From NCBI GenBank assembly GCA_964639975.1, contig CAZXER010000003.1, positions 5,968 to 69,967 of the forward strand: a stretch of DNA of 64,000 nucleotides, written 5' to 3'. Every line of letters starts with the position of its first letter. The first letter of the stretch is position 1. This DNA is from an uncultured Halobacteriales archaeon. Lineage in GTDB: Archaea; Halobacteriota; Halobacteria; Halobacteriales; SKSH01. The notes below the pieces were generated by a model. The model worked only from the letters and a program-made list of their open reading frames with translations. It was not told the origin of the DNA and searched no databases. A program made the translations under genes and the position numbers. Below are positions 18,018 to 26,570 of this stretch, in pieces.

Positions 18018-18302
18018 ATGGCCGACGATCATACCTTCACCATCACGGCCGACGATGGTTCGAGTGACGAACTGACGGTACCAGATGGGCTGCTCGATTA
18101 CCTCATCGAGGGCGATCCGACGAACGCGGAGGCGCTCGGTGACATCGCGATGCTGGCGCTTGCCCAGCATATCCACGGTGTCATCCACCACGGTCATGGT
18201 GAGGGCGATGAGACCCTGGAGGCGCTCGAGGAAGCGACACTGGAGCAGTTCGAAGCACGGTTCGGTGCATCCTTCGGAGACGTCACGGGCCACGCCCACT
18301 AG
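18018..18302 (+). CDS. Small acidic, His-rich hypothetical protein
   Basis: 94 aa, halophile-like composition. His cluster HIHGVIHHGHGEGDE and C-terminal GHAH. No family recognised. Confidence 0.5.
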   Translation: MADDHTFTITADDGSSDELTVPDGLLDYLIEGDPTNAEALGDIAMLALAQHIHGVIHHGHGEGDETLEALEEATLEQFEARFGASFGDVTGHAH

Positions 18303-18319
18303 GCCTCCGGACCGCTCGC

Positions 18320-18457
18320 TTAACTGGCCGCCTCACTGTAGCCACAGCGGCCGCAGTGTCGGCGATCCTCGTGCTCGGCGAGGAACGTCTCTTCACACTC
18401 GGGACACCGCTCGTTCGTCGTGGCACCCTCATCATCATAGAGCTCGTACCGGGGCAT
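18320..18457 (-). CDS. rps27ae: 30S ribosomal protein S27ae (eS31), absent from the ORF track
   Basis: Hand translation: MPRYELYDDEGATTNERCPECEETFLAEHEDRRHCGRCGYSEAAS (45 aa). C-x2-C...C-x2-C zinc ribbon, directly downstream of S24e as in most archaea. Confidence 0.85.
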   Translation of the reverse strand: MPRYELYDDEGATTNERCPECEETFLAEHEDRRHCGRCGYSEAAS

Positions 18458-18464
18458 CGGTCGA

Positions 18465-18779
18465 CTACGCCTCCTCTGCCTCGCCGGTCGCCTCGGAATC
18501 GCCAGCTATCTTGTTTCGCTCGAGGACGTACTCGCGTTCGATGTCCTTCGCGATGTCCTCGTCGTCGTAGACCTTGGCCTCACCGATGGTCGTGCGCATG
18601 CCGAACTTCGTGCTCAGATCGCGGATGACGACCTCGTTCGCATCCTTACCGAGCGTGGCAGCAAGACTATCTCGAACAGAGAGGCGTTCAGGCGTCGCTT
18701 CCTCGTGAACGATCTTGAACGTCACATCGCGCCGGTGTAACATGGGATTTTCCGTATCCTCGATAATTTCGACTTCCAT
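18465..18779 (-). CDS. rps24e: 30S ribosomal protein S24e
   Basis: MEVEIIEDTENPMLHRRDVTFKIVHEEATPERLSVRDSLAA... is the canonical S24e N-terminus. Confidence 0.9.
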   Translation of the reverse strand: MEVEIIEDTENPMLHRRDVTFKIVHEEATPERLSVRDSLAATLGKDANEVVIRDLSTKFGMRTTIGEAKVYDDEDIAKDIEREYVLERNKIAGDSEATGEAEEA

Positions 18780-18844
18780 GGTTGTATCCAGTTACTTGAG
18801 GGTAGCTTGAAATCCGTAAAAGGATTTCGAAGGGGGTCTTGCGA

Positions 18845-19411
18845 TCAGCCGTCGGCGATGAGCTCTAAAAGGCTTCCTTGGTCGCCGTCGAAATAACCGA
18901 GCAGCGATCTGGCCTGATCGACGGTCTCCTCGGTGACCGCCACCGCCACCATCCCCTCTCCTGGCTGTCCGTAGATGATCGTCGAACCCATCGGTGCGGC
19001 GAGCATGGTCGGGACGACAGCGAGGTCCTCCTCACCATCGACCTCAATCCGAACCGGATCAGCTGCGTTCAACGCGGTGACGATCGCCGAGACGAGTGAG
19101 CGTGTAATGGTCCCAGCCGGGTTGGTCACCGCGATCTCGTGTTCGAGGGCTCGCGTTTGTCGTCGTAGCGCCGGATCGACCGCCTCACGTTCGGTTTTGC
19201 CGTCGACGATGGCGACAGCTGGGGGATGGCCCGCATCGAGGAGCGCCGCGGTTACCACATCACCGACGGCGATGAATGGTGCAGAGTGGACCGAGAGCAG
19301 GGTCTCAGCGTCGGTGTAAATCTCACCAATGGGTTCCTTGAAGGCGTGGCGATGCTCCTCGGGGAGACGTACCAACACATCATCGGCCGCGCCTGGCGCG
19401 GACATGGCCAA
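18845..19411 (-). CDS. DUF359 protein, archaeal GTP-dependent dephospho-CoA kinase family
   Basis: 188 aa. IAVGDVVTAALLDAGHPPAVAIVDGKTER motif, and the conserved position between spt4 and rps24e. Confidence 0.75.
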   Translation of the reverse strand: MAMSAPGAADDVLVRLPEEHRHAFKEPIGEIYTDAETLLSVHSAPFIAVGDVVTAALLDAGHPPAVAIVDGKTEREAVDPALRRQTRALEHEIAVTNPAGTITRSLVSAIVTALNAADPVRIEVDGEEDLAVVPTMLAAPMGSTIIYGQPGEGMVAVAVTEETVDQARSLLGYFDGDQGSLLELIADG

Positions 19412-19612
19412 TCACCGGACCTTCAGGGCGTACTTGCCGGGGCGGTCGACGCCCATCTCTCGGGCGATCTCGCTCTCCTCGGGATGCCCGATGATCACGT
19501 ATCCTGCCCAGTCCTCGGTGAACGTTTGCGAATTGCAGTGGGGACAGGCATCGGGTTCTTCGCTCTCTTGGACGAGATGGCATTCCCGACAGACGACGCG
19601 TGTTTTCGCCAT
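19412..19612 (-). CDS. spt4: Transcription elongation factor Spt4 (RNA polymerase subunit E'')
   Basis: 66 aa. Zinc ribbon CRECHLV...CPHC, followed by W.GYVIIGHPE.SEIA. Confidence 0.9.
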   Translation of the reverse strand: MAKTRVVCRECHLVQESEEPDACPHCNSQTFTEDWAGYVIIGHPEESEIAREMGVDRPGKYALKVR

Positions 19613-19614
19613 CC

Positions 19615-20184
19615 CTACTCACCGGCGGCGACTTGCCGCTCCTCGTGTTCCTGTTCCAGCCACCCGTGCTTGCCGAGACCGACCTGCTTGGCCGTCAGTC
19701 CGATCTTGCTCTCGCGTGGGTTTCGCTCATCGATGCTCTTGGTGACGATCCTCGCTCGCACCACATCGTCGACCCCGAGGGTTCGATTGGATTCATTCGA
19801 GACGAGCTGCTGGTTCTCGCCATCGAAATCGAGGTACTCATCCGAGATCTGGGAGACGTGGAGCAAGCCATCGACAGGACCGATACCGACGAACGCCCCG
19901 AATTCCACGACCTCCACGATCGTCCCGTCGACGACCTCCTGCATCGTCGGTTCGAACGTCACGGCATCGAACTCAGCCTCGAAATAGACGCCCGGCCGAT
20001 TCGGAAGGACCGTCCCGTCGCCGATATCGTGCACCTCGACGACGCTGACGACGCTCCCGACCTCTTCATCCATACGGCCCTCCAGCTTGTCCTGGAGCAG
20101 CCGCTTCACTAACCCCCGGGTCACCTCACCGAGCTGGGCCGGGGGCACCTCAATCGTATCACGCAATCGGACCCGTTTATACAT
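19615..20184 (-). CDS. rpoE: DNA-directed RNA polymerase subunit E' (Rpo7)
   Basis: 189 aa. MYKRVRLRDTIEVPP N-terminus and an S1 domain (GTIVEVVEFGAFVGIGPVDGLLHVSQISDEY). Confidence 0.9.
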   Translation of the reverse strand: MYKRVRLRDTIEVPPAQLGEVTRGLVKRLLQDKLEGRMDEEVGSVVSVVEVHDIGDGTVLPNRPGVYFEAEFDAVTFEPTMQEVVDGTIVEVVEFGAFVGIGPVDGLLHVSQISDEYLDFDGENQQLVSNESNRTLGVDDVVRARIVTKSIDERNPRESKIGLTAKQVGLGKHGWLEQEHEERQVAAGE

Positions 20185-20267
20185 AGCTGTCGAGTTCGCT
20201 GTTCCCGTGGTTCGAGATGCCCCTTAAACTAGTTGTTGAAACGAAGCTGTGATAGACAATATCCCAG

Positions 20268-20651
20268 TCACGGTGGCTGAATCGCCAGCTGACGGCGACC
20301 CCGGGGGGTAATCACCGGACGTTGGGCAGCGCGAACGCGTTCAGCTAGCTCGCGGTCGGCCGTCACGACATATGCGGCCTGACCGGTACGTGCGAGCTCA
20401 AGGACGGCGTCATCCGCCTCGTTCGCCTCGGTCTCGACGACCGTACAGCGTTCCTCGATCAACGACACGCCGACTCGAGCGGCCGTCCCTGGTCGGCCAC
20501 CGTCCGATTCGAGGTGCTCGAGCTCGGCGAGTACCAGCGCTGGAACGAGTGGGGTGACCGCACCGAGCAGCCGCTCGAGTTCTTCGAACAGTCGGATATC
20601 GAGCTCCACGGGAAGCATCAACGCACTGGTATCGACCGCTACTCGCGTCAT
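20268..20651 (-). CDS. PIN-domain protein (Fcf1/Utp24-like) of the aIF2-gamma/rpoE' cluster
   Basis: 127 aa. VAVDTSALMLP (first PIN Asp), ...E..., YVVTADRELA (last acidic block). Conserved position downstream of aIF-2 gamma. Confidence 0.75.
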   Translation of the reverse strand: MTRVAVDTSALMLPVELDIRLFEELERLLGAVTPLVPALVLAELEHLESDGGRPGTAARVGVSLIEERCTVVETEANEADDAVLELARTGQAAYVVTADRELAERVRAAQRPVITPRGRRQLAIQPP

Positions 20652-20654
20652 ACC

Positions 20655-21893
20655 CTACGCATCGAGCAGCGTTCCGATACCGATGAGCCGCCAGCGCGTT
20701 CCGACACGCCGGTTGAGGGCTACCGTCACACCGGCCTCCGCACACACGGGCCGCTTGAGCTGGACGTCGCACTCGTCGTCTCGGGCGCTCGTCACCGAGC
20801 CAACGGTCGTCGTGGTCCCGATGGTCAACATCAGAGGTTCGCCGGTGGTGATCTCCGAGACCTCGTCGACGGCATCGTCGACGATCCGATCGAACAGCTC
20901 GACCTCCATCGTAAACGCGTCCCACGTCGGTGGCAGACTGCCGGGTTCGCCGGCGACCTGTCCGGCCAACGCATCGCCCTTCGTCTGGGAGGGATCCAGA
21001 CCGGTACCGACGCCGAGTAGCCCCCCCGGGCTGGCCGTCTCGACCGAATCGCCCCCGGCCTGCAACGAACGAACGGTCGTCTCGATCGGTTCGTAGGTGG
21101 TCTGGCCCTCGCGCTCGACCTCACGACCCGGTCGAAGTTCGAGCTCGTTGTCTACCTCCAACTGGCCCTGGACGAGACTCCCACCGAGGACGCCACCGAT
21201 GAGTTCGTCCCAGGTCGTCCCGGGCCGGTTGATATCGAAACTGCGAGCGACGAGCATCTGGGCGGCCGCGTCGGGATCTCGCTGTGGGGTGGGAATCTCG
21301 GTTTCGAGCGCTTCGATCAGAGCATCGGTGTTGACATCCTGCTGGGCGCTGATCGGAACGATCGGTGCCCCCTCTGCCACGGTGCCCTCGACGAACTGAC
21401 GGATCTGCTCCTGGTTCTCCACCGCCGTCTCACGGTCGACGAGGTCCAGCTTGTTCTGAGCGATGACGATGTTCTCGATGCCGATGATATCCAATGCCAT
21501 CAGGTGTTCCTCCGTCTGTGGCTGAGGCACTGGCTCGTTTGCACTGACGACCAACACCGCACCGTCCATCAGCGCTGCACCCGAGAGCATCGTCGCCATC
21601 AGGGTCTCGTGACCCGGTGCGTCGACGAAAGAAACGGTCCGGAGGACCTCCGTCTCGACCTCGTGCTCCGGACACGTCTCCGAGACGGTGTACGCTTCCG
21701 GTGTATCGCACTCAGGACAGCGACGAAACGTCGTGTCGGCATACCCGAGTCGGATGGAAATACCCCGTTTCAGCTCCTCGGAGTGCTGGTCCGTCCACTC
21801 TCCACTGAGCGCCTGGACGAGCGTCGTTTTACCGTGATCGACGTGCCCAACCAGGCCGATGTTTACCTCGGGTTGTCGGCGTGATGCTGTCAT
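20655..21893 (-). CDS. eif2g: Translation initiation factor aIF-2 subunit gamma
   Basis: 412 aa. G1 [15 protein letters not shown] and NKLD motifs, plus the zinc-knuckle insert CPECD...CPEH. Confidence 0.95.
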   Translation of the reverse strand: MTASRRQPEVNIGLVGHVDHGKTTLVQALSGEWTDQHSEELKRGISIRLGYADTTFRRCPECDTPEAYTVSETCPEHEVETEVLRTVSFVDAPGHETLMATMLSGAALMDGAVLVVSANEPVPQPQTEEHLMALDIIGIENIVIAQNKLDLVDRETAVENQEQIRQFVEGTVAEGAPIVPISAQQDVNTDALIEALETEIPTPQRDPDAAAQMLVARSFDINRPGTTWDELIGGVLGGSLVQGQLEVDNELELRPGREVEREGQTTYEPIETTVRSLQAGGDSVETASPGGLLGVGTGLDPSQTKGDALAGQVAGEPGSLPPTWDAFTMEVELFDRIVDDAVDEVSEITTGEPLMLTIGTTTTVGSVTSARDDECDVQLKRPVCAEAGVTVALNRRVGTRWRLIGIGTLLDA

Positions 21894-22202
21894 GGCACGG
21901 GGCGAATAAGCTGATGAATTCTCACCTTGTCAGCCAGATAAACCTACTGTATTGGCGTCAGAGGCACTACCTCGTAGGTACTGAATTGGACGCGAATGGT
22001 GCAGATCGACGGAGACTGAACGGATCACACCTCGGCTGTGGAACGAGCAGTCTCACTCGATCACTGACGGTTCCATCCTTGAGCGGCTCTGCAGCCCATG
22101 AAAGGTGCGTGGCAATCACGTTTCGAGCCATCCAATGACGAAATCTATCACGAAAATTTCGACGCCAGAATTACGGTAGCCGGGCTGGTTGCAAGTCGTG
22201 TA

Positions 22203-22784
22203 ATGAATCAACCGCCGGAGTACTGTCCGTACTGTGGGTCAGCGATCGAAGCGGTCGATGTCCCCTTCGTCTCGACCACTGTCGACACGTCGATGGTATA
22301 CCGGTGTGGGACCTGCGATGACTACGTGTTCTACAATCCGACACCTGGGGGGAGTGCAGCTGTCATCGACGATGACAGGCTGTTGCTCGTCGAGGACTTC
22401 CGTGCGTCAGGAGAATGGAAACTCCCGTCCGGTCGAATCGAGCTTGGAGAGACGCCCCGCGAAGGAGTCGCCCGCGAGTTAGCGGAGGAGACCAATCTCT
22501 CGGTGGCGCTCGACGATCTCACGTACTTCTGTGACGATGCGGGTCAACCCGTCGAGGAGATGTACATGGTCGGCATCAACTACGCCGTCCCGAGATCGAA
22601 GACGGCCGGTCCCCTCGAAGCCGGGTCGGACGCAACTGATGCTCGGTTCTTCTCGCCAGATGCGTTCGAAGCCTCGGAGTATAGCCTCAGAGCCAGTCAC
22701 GTGGATAGGTTCGGCCCAGACCTCCAGTGGCTGTTCGACGAGGCTCGCAAGGCGATAGCCACCTCCCATTCGTCGCAACGGTGA
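22203..22784 (+). CDS. NUDIX hydrolase with N-terminal zinc ribbon (NudC-like architecture)
   Basis: Start moved to ATG 22203 (MNQPPEYCPYCGSAIE...CGTCDDYVFYNP). Nudix box GRIELGETPREGVARELAEETNL. Confidence 0.8.
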   Translation: MNQPPEYCPYCGSAIEAVDVPFVSTTVDTSMVYRCGTCDDYVFYNPTPGGSAAVIDDDRLLLVEDFRASGEWKLPSGRIELGETPREGVARELAEETNLSVALDDLTYFCDDAGQPVEEMYMVGINYAVPRSKTAGPLEAGSDATDARFFSPDAFEASEYSLRASHVDRFGPDLQWLFDEARKAIATSHSSQR

Positions 22785-22867
22785 CCGACTAGAGTCCACG
22801 AAAAAAGGATGGGGTTAAGTTTCACTGTACTGGCAGGCAGGGCTTTTGCACAGTCGGGGCCGAGAGA

Positions 22868-23845
22868 GTGGTCGTGGACGAGTTCGGATTCGAACTGCAG
22901 CTGTGTGCGCACCTTGAGGCGACGACGGATGCCATCGTCTCCAGACAGCTCTCCGGGGCGATCGAACGGGCCAATCGTGTGCTCGATACGGTGCTCGTCG
23001 AGCCAGGAGCTGCCTTCGAGCAGCGGGCCAGATTGACCGATTCGACGATCCCCGCGATGGTACTCGAGGCGGACATCGGGCCCGGTCGGTTTCGCGACTG
23101 GCGAGCACTGCTCGGCGATGGGATGGCGGCAGAACAGGCCATCGAACGGGCTCACGACATCGGCTATCTCGAGGTGGAGTACGAGGCGGGTCGTGAACGC
23201 GTCAAGGCAGTTGATCGCTACCCAGCTGACTGGTTCGATCGGATCATCGCGATCGAGAACAAACCAGACCTCGAGACACCTGGTGGGCTGTACGAGCAAC
23301 TCCGATTCGACGCGACGCTGGGTCTCGTCGACGAGGTCATCCTTGCCACGCAAAGTTACGTGACGCGGGCCCATCGCAATCGGTTCCCCGACGAGATCGG
23401 TATCTGGCGATTCGATCCGGAGACTCGCGAACTGGAAGTCCTCGATCCCCCGACACAGCTGGCGAGTGCGCGACCTGGCTTCGAGATAATCGAGCATCGA
23501 CCGGGACAGACGGCGGTCGAACCGGTCGATCCTGCCCAGAAACGACGATCGAGGAGACAGCTCGCAGAACGAGCGTATGGCAAGGGCTGGCGGACCTACA
23601 CGTTGCCGGCCTGTGCCAACATCGAACCGACCGAGGACCGCACTCCCGGGTTGCCAAACTGTACGTACTTCGACGAACTCGTCAACCCGTCCGTCACTTG
23701 TGGCCCGTCCTGTCCGGGTCACAGCAGCGCCCCACCGCCGGCACTCGACCTCGACGGCATCCGAGAGCGACACAGTCCATGGATGCGCGATCCCCCAGAT
23801 CGACGCTCGCGGCAGGGCCGCCTCGGTGAGCAGTGGACGCGTTAG
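22868..23845 (+). CDS. Uncharacterised conserved protein (DUF5787-like from memory) with a PD-(D/E)xK-like motif and a C-terminal Cys cluster
   Basis: 325 aa with acidic composition, unlike its Arg-rich antisense partner. Motifs EFGFELQLCAHLE, RVLDTVLVEP, FDRIIAIENKPD, and C249/C265/C278/C282 plus H285. GTG start. Confidence 0.6.
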   Translation: MVVDEFGFELQLCAHLEATTDAIVSRQLSGAIERANRVLDTVLVEPGAAFEQRARLTDSTIPAMVLEADIGPGRFRDWRALLGDGMAAEQAIERAHDIGYLEVEYEAGRERVKAVDRYPADWFDRIIAIENKPDLETPGGLYEQLRFDATLGLVDEVILATQSYVTRAHRNRFPDEIGIWRFDPETRELEVLDPPTQLASARPGFEIIEHRPGQTAVEPVDPAQKRRSRRQLAERAYGKGWRTYTLPACANIEPTEDRTPGLPNCTYFDELVNPSVTCGPSCPGHSSAPPPALDLDGIRERHSPWMRDPPDRRSRQGRLGEQWTR

Positions 23846-24009
23846 TCGCTGAGGCGATGGGCCACCATCGCCAGGGCAACAACACCCGCGGCGAAGACCG
23901 CCAGCTCGAGTGGTCGGATACCCCGGCCAGTGGCGACGGCGATGAGGCTGTAGACGAGCACGACGACGAGTAAATACCGAATCGCCCGACGAGCATCGCC
24001 GGCGGTCAT
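23842..24009 (-). CDS. Small (55 aa) two-helix membrane protein
   Basis: ATG 24009: MTAGDARRAIRYLLVVVLVYSLIAVATGRGIRPLELAVFAAGVVALAMVAHRLSD. It starts 8 nt after the AAA ATPase stop. The longer track ORF start is Ser/Thr-rich and overlaps that gene. Confidence 0.4.
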   Translation of the reverse strand: MTAGDARRAIRYLLVVVLVYSLIAVATGRGIRPLELAVFAAGVVALAMVAHRLSD

Positions 24010-24016
24010 CGCTACC

Positions 24017-25330
24017 TCAGTGGTCGTGACCGGAGACGTCCCCGCCAGCGATGAGGGCGTCGGCATCGCTCTCGATGGTATCGAGCTCGCGGAGGTTGTC
24101 GCGGTCTTGGAAGTCGTCAATCGCGTCCAACAGGTCCGCCTGGGTCAGGGTCCGTCGATCCTCTGTCAAGGCGTTGAGCACCGCTTCACGCATGACGAGA
24201 CGCAGATCGCTCCCGGTGAACCCAGCGGTCTCGGCGGCGACCTCGTCGGGATCGAAGCCCTCGATGTCCATGTCTCGCGTGATGACGCGGAAGATGTCGG
24301 CACGCATCCCCTCATCCGGCTTGGGGAAGTTCACGATCTCGTCGAACCGTCGCCAGGCGGCCGCATCGAGCTGATCGGGGTGGTTGGTCGCCCCGATGAG
24401 GAGGACATCGTGATCGATGAGACTGATGTCGTCGATCGACTTGAGGAGGGTGTTCACCGCTCGTTTGAGGGCGGCATGCTCGTCGCTACGTCGCGTCTTC
24501 GCGACGAAGTCGAACTCGTCGATGAAGAGGATGCACGGCGAGAGGCGCTTTGCCACCTCGAAGGTCTTGTCGATGTTCTTCGCCGTTTCACCGAGGTACT
24601 GACTCGTGATCATCGAGAGTCTGACCTCGACGACCGGAAGGTCGAGATCTTGCGCGATCGCCCGAGCGACGGAGGTCTTGCCCGTGCCTGGCGGACCGAC
24701 GAACAGGAGCTTGCCGATCTCGTGTAAACCGATCGACGCGAGGTAGTTGCGGTGCTCGATCGCCGTGGCGATCTTGCTGATTTCCTCCTCTTGATCCTTG
24801 GTGAGGACGAGGTCGTCGATCGTGATACGGACCTCCTCGGGGGCGTGTACCTTGACGAGGTCCAGCATCTCCTCGTCCTCCTCGTCGAAGAACTCGGCGA
24901 GCAACGTGTCGATCCATTTCCGGTCGGCCTGGATCGGACGGTTGGCCTCACGGGCACGCTCGTAATCGACCTCGAACGGCGCGTCATCCTCGTACACGAA
25001 CGCGAGCGCCGGGTTGGAACGAAGATCTTCCGGGTCAACCCGAGAGAGGAACCAGTCCGCGGCCATCTCCTCATCGGTCACCGAGATGGTGTCCGTGAAC
25101 GCATCGCGATCGGTGAACATCAACTCCCCCACGGCCTCCCAGGGCTCGTCTACCCCGGTCGCGGCCTCGATGACGGATTCGGTCGACGACAGCGGCCGCT
25201 CGAAGGCTCCATCGGACCAGAGGACCGTCCGATACCGCGGTGGTAGATCGTTCTCATCGAGCTCGCGATGATCATTGAAGCTCCGAATGGTGAGCAAACA
25301 CTCGATCACCGCCACATCGTCATCACTCAT
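24017..25330 (-). CDS. AAA+ ATPase (single classic AAA domain) with an uncharacterised ~200-aa acidic N-terminal region
   Basis: Walker A GPPGTGKTS, Walker B ILFIDEFD, second region of homology ATNHPDQLDAAAWRRF. Start probably ATG 25330 (MSDDDVAVIE), given a TTAAAT box about 30 nt upstream; the track start is 25342. Confidence 0.85.
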   Translation of the reverse strand: MSDDDVAVIECLLTIRSFNDHRELDENDLPPRYRTVLWSDGAFERPLSSTESVIEAATGVDEPWEAVGELMFTDRDAFTDTISVTDEEMAADWFLSRVDPEDLRSNPALAFVYEDDAPFEVDYERAREANRPIQADRKWIDTLLAEFFDEEDEEMLDLVKVHAPEEVRITIDDLVLTKDQEEEISKIATAIEHRNYLASIGLHEIGKLLFVGPPGTGKTSVARAIAQDLDLPVVEVRLSMITSQYLGETAKNIDKTFEVAKRLSPCILFIDEFDFVAKTRRSDEHAALKRAVNTLLKSIDDISLIDHDVLLIGATNHPDQLDAAAWRRFDEIVNFPKPDEGMRADIFRVITRDMDIEGFDPDEVAAETAGFTGSDLRLVMREAVLNALTEDRRTLTQADLLDAIDDFQDRDNLRELDTIESDADALIAGGDVSGHDH

Positions 25331-25415
25331 AACATAGTACATATCGGGTACGTCGATTTAAGGCATTCGTCACGGAAACGGGGCCTGTAAGTCAGTGGCT
25401 TCCCAAGTTGGTTGT

Positions 25416-26564
25416 ATGAGTGCAGAGACGACTCCAGTCATCACGCACGCGGTGAGAACGGCCCAAGGCAAGAGTGACGGCGTGTTCGCCGACGTGCGGC
25501 CCGAGGACCTGAGCATCCCCCTGATCAACGAGATTCTCGAGCGATCCGGACTGACTGGCGAGGACATCGACGATCTCATGTGGGGCTGTGCGCAGCAGCG
25601 AAAGGAGCAGGACAACAACATGGCGCGGGTGATCGCGTTGTTGTCCGATCTCGGTGAATCCGTCCCAGCAACGACGATCAACCGCTGGTGTGCCTCGTCG
25701 ATGCAGTCGATAATGAGCGCGAGCGACGCCATCCGTGCCGGACAACGACAGGCCGTCATGGTCGGCGGCGTCGAACATATGACCCGCGTCGAGATGGGAG
25801 GAGGTCACAGCTACATCCATCCGGACCTCGATGCCAAGTACAACGTGGCCACCCTCGGGATGGGGATGACCGCCGAGGAGGTCGCCGACCGCTTCGACGT
25901 CTCCAGAGACGCACAGGACGAGTGGGCGTTGCGCAGCCATCAACGGGCGAGCAAAGCGACCGAGGACGGTCTGTTCACCGAGGAGATCGTCCCGATCGAG
26001 ACGGACGATGGGGTCGTTGAGGAGGACGAGGGGATCCGGCCGGATACCAGTCTCGAAGCGCTCTCGGGGCTACCGAGCGTATTCGTCGGTGACGGGAGCG
26101 TTACCGCGGGCAACTCGTCGCAGATCAGCGATGGTGCCGCCGCGCTCCTCGTCACGAGCGAGGCATTCGCCACAGAGAACGACCTGCCGATCCTCGCCGA
26201 GGTCGGCTCGAACAACGTCGCCGGTGTCGACCCACAGATCATGGGCATCGGACCGGTTCCAGCGACAAAGGGGCTGCTCGAGCGAACGGGGCGGTCGATC
26301 GATGACTACGATCTCGTCGAGATCAACGAGGCCTTCGCGAGTCAGACGGTCTACTCCAAGAACCAACTCGGGATCGACGACGAGAAGCTCAACGTCAACG
26401 GCGGGGCCATCGCCATCGGGCACCCACTCGGCGCGAGTGGGGCCCGACTCCCGGTGACGCTCATCAACGAGCTCGGTCGCCGCGGTGGCGGCCTCGGACT
26501 CACCACCCTCTGTGTCGGCTTCGGGCAGGGTGCGGCCATCGAATTCGACGTCAACGCTACGTAG
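25416..26564 (+). CDS. Acetyl-CoA C-acetyltransferase (thiolase)
   Basis: Active-site regions [11 protein letters not shown] (Cys), [17 protein letters not shown] and CVGFGQG. Confidence 0.9.
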   Translation: MSAETTPVITHAVRTAQGKSDGVFADVRPEDLSIPLINEILERSGLTGEDIDDLMWGCAQQRKEQDNNMARVIALLSDLGESVPATTINRWCASSMQSIMSASDAIRAGQRQAVMVGGVEHMTRVEMGGGHSYIHPDLDAKYNVATLGMGMTAEEVADRFDVSRDAQDEWALRSHQRASKATEDGLFTEEIVPIETDDGVVEEDEGIRPDTSLEALSGLPSVFVGDGSVTAGNSSQISDGAAALLVTSEAFATENDLPILAEVGSNNVAGVDPQIMGIGPVPATKGLLERTGRSIDDYDLVEINEAFASQTVYSKNQLGIDDEKLNVNGGAIAIGHPLGASGARLPVTLINELGRRGGGLGLTTLCVGFGQGAAIEFDVNAT

Positions 26565-26570
26565 GGTGAA

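Noticed and set aside
22697-23773. 358-aa ORF on the reverse strand covering most of the 22868..23845 gene
   Set aside because: It is an Arg/Gly/Ser-rich, basic translation with no motifs. It fits a typical high-GC antisense shadow ORF. The forward-strand product is acidic and motif-bearing.
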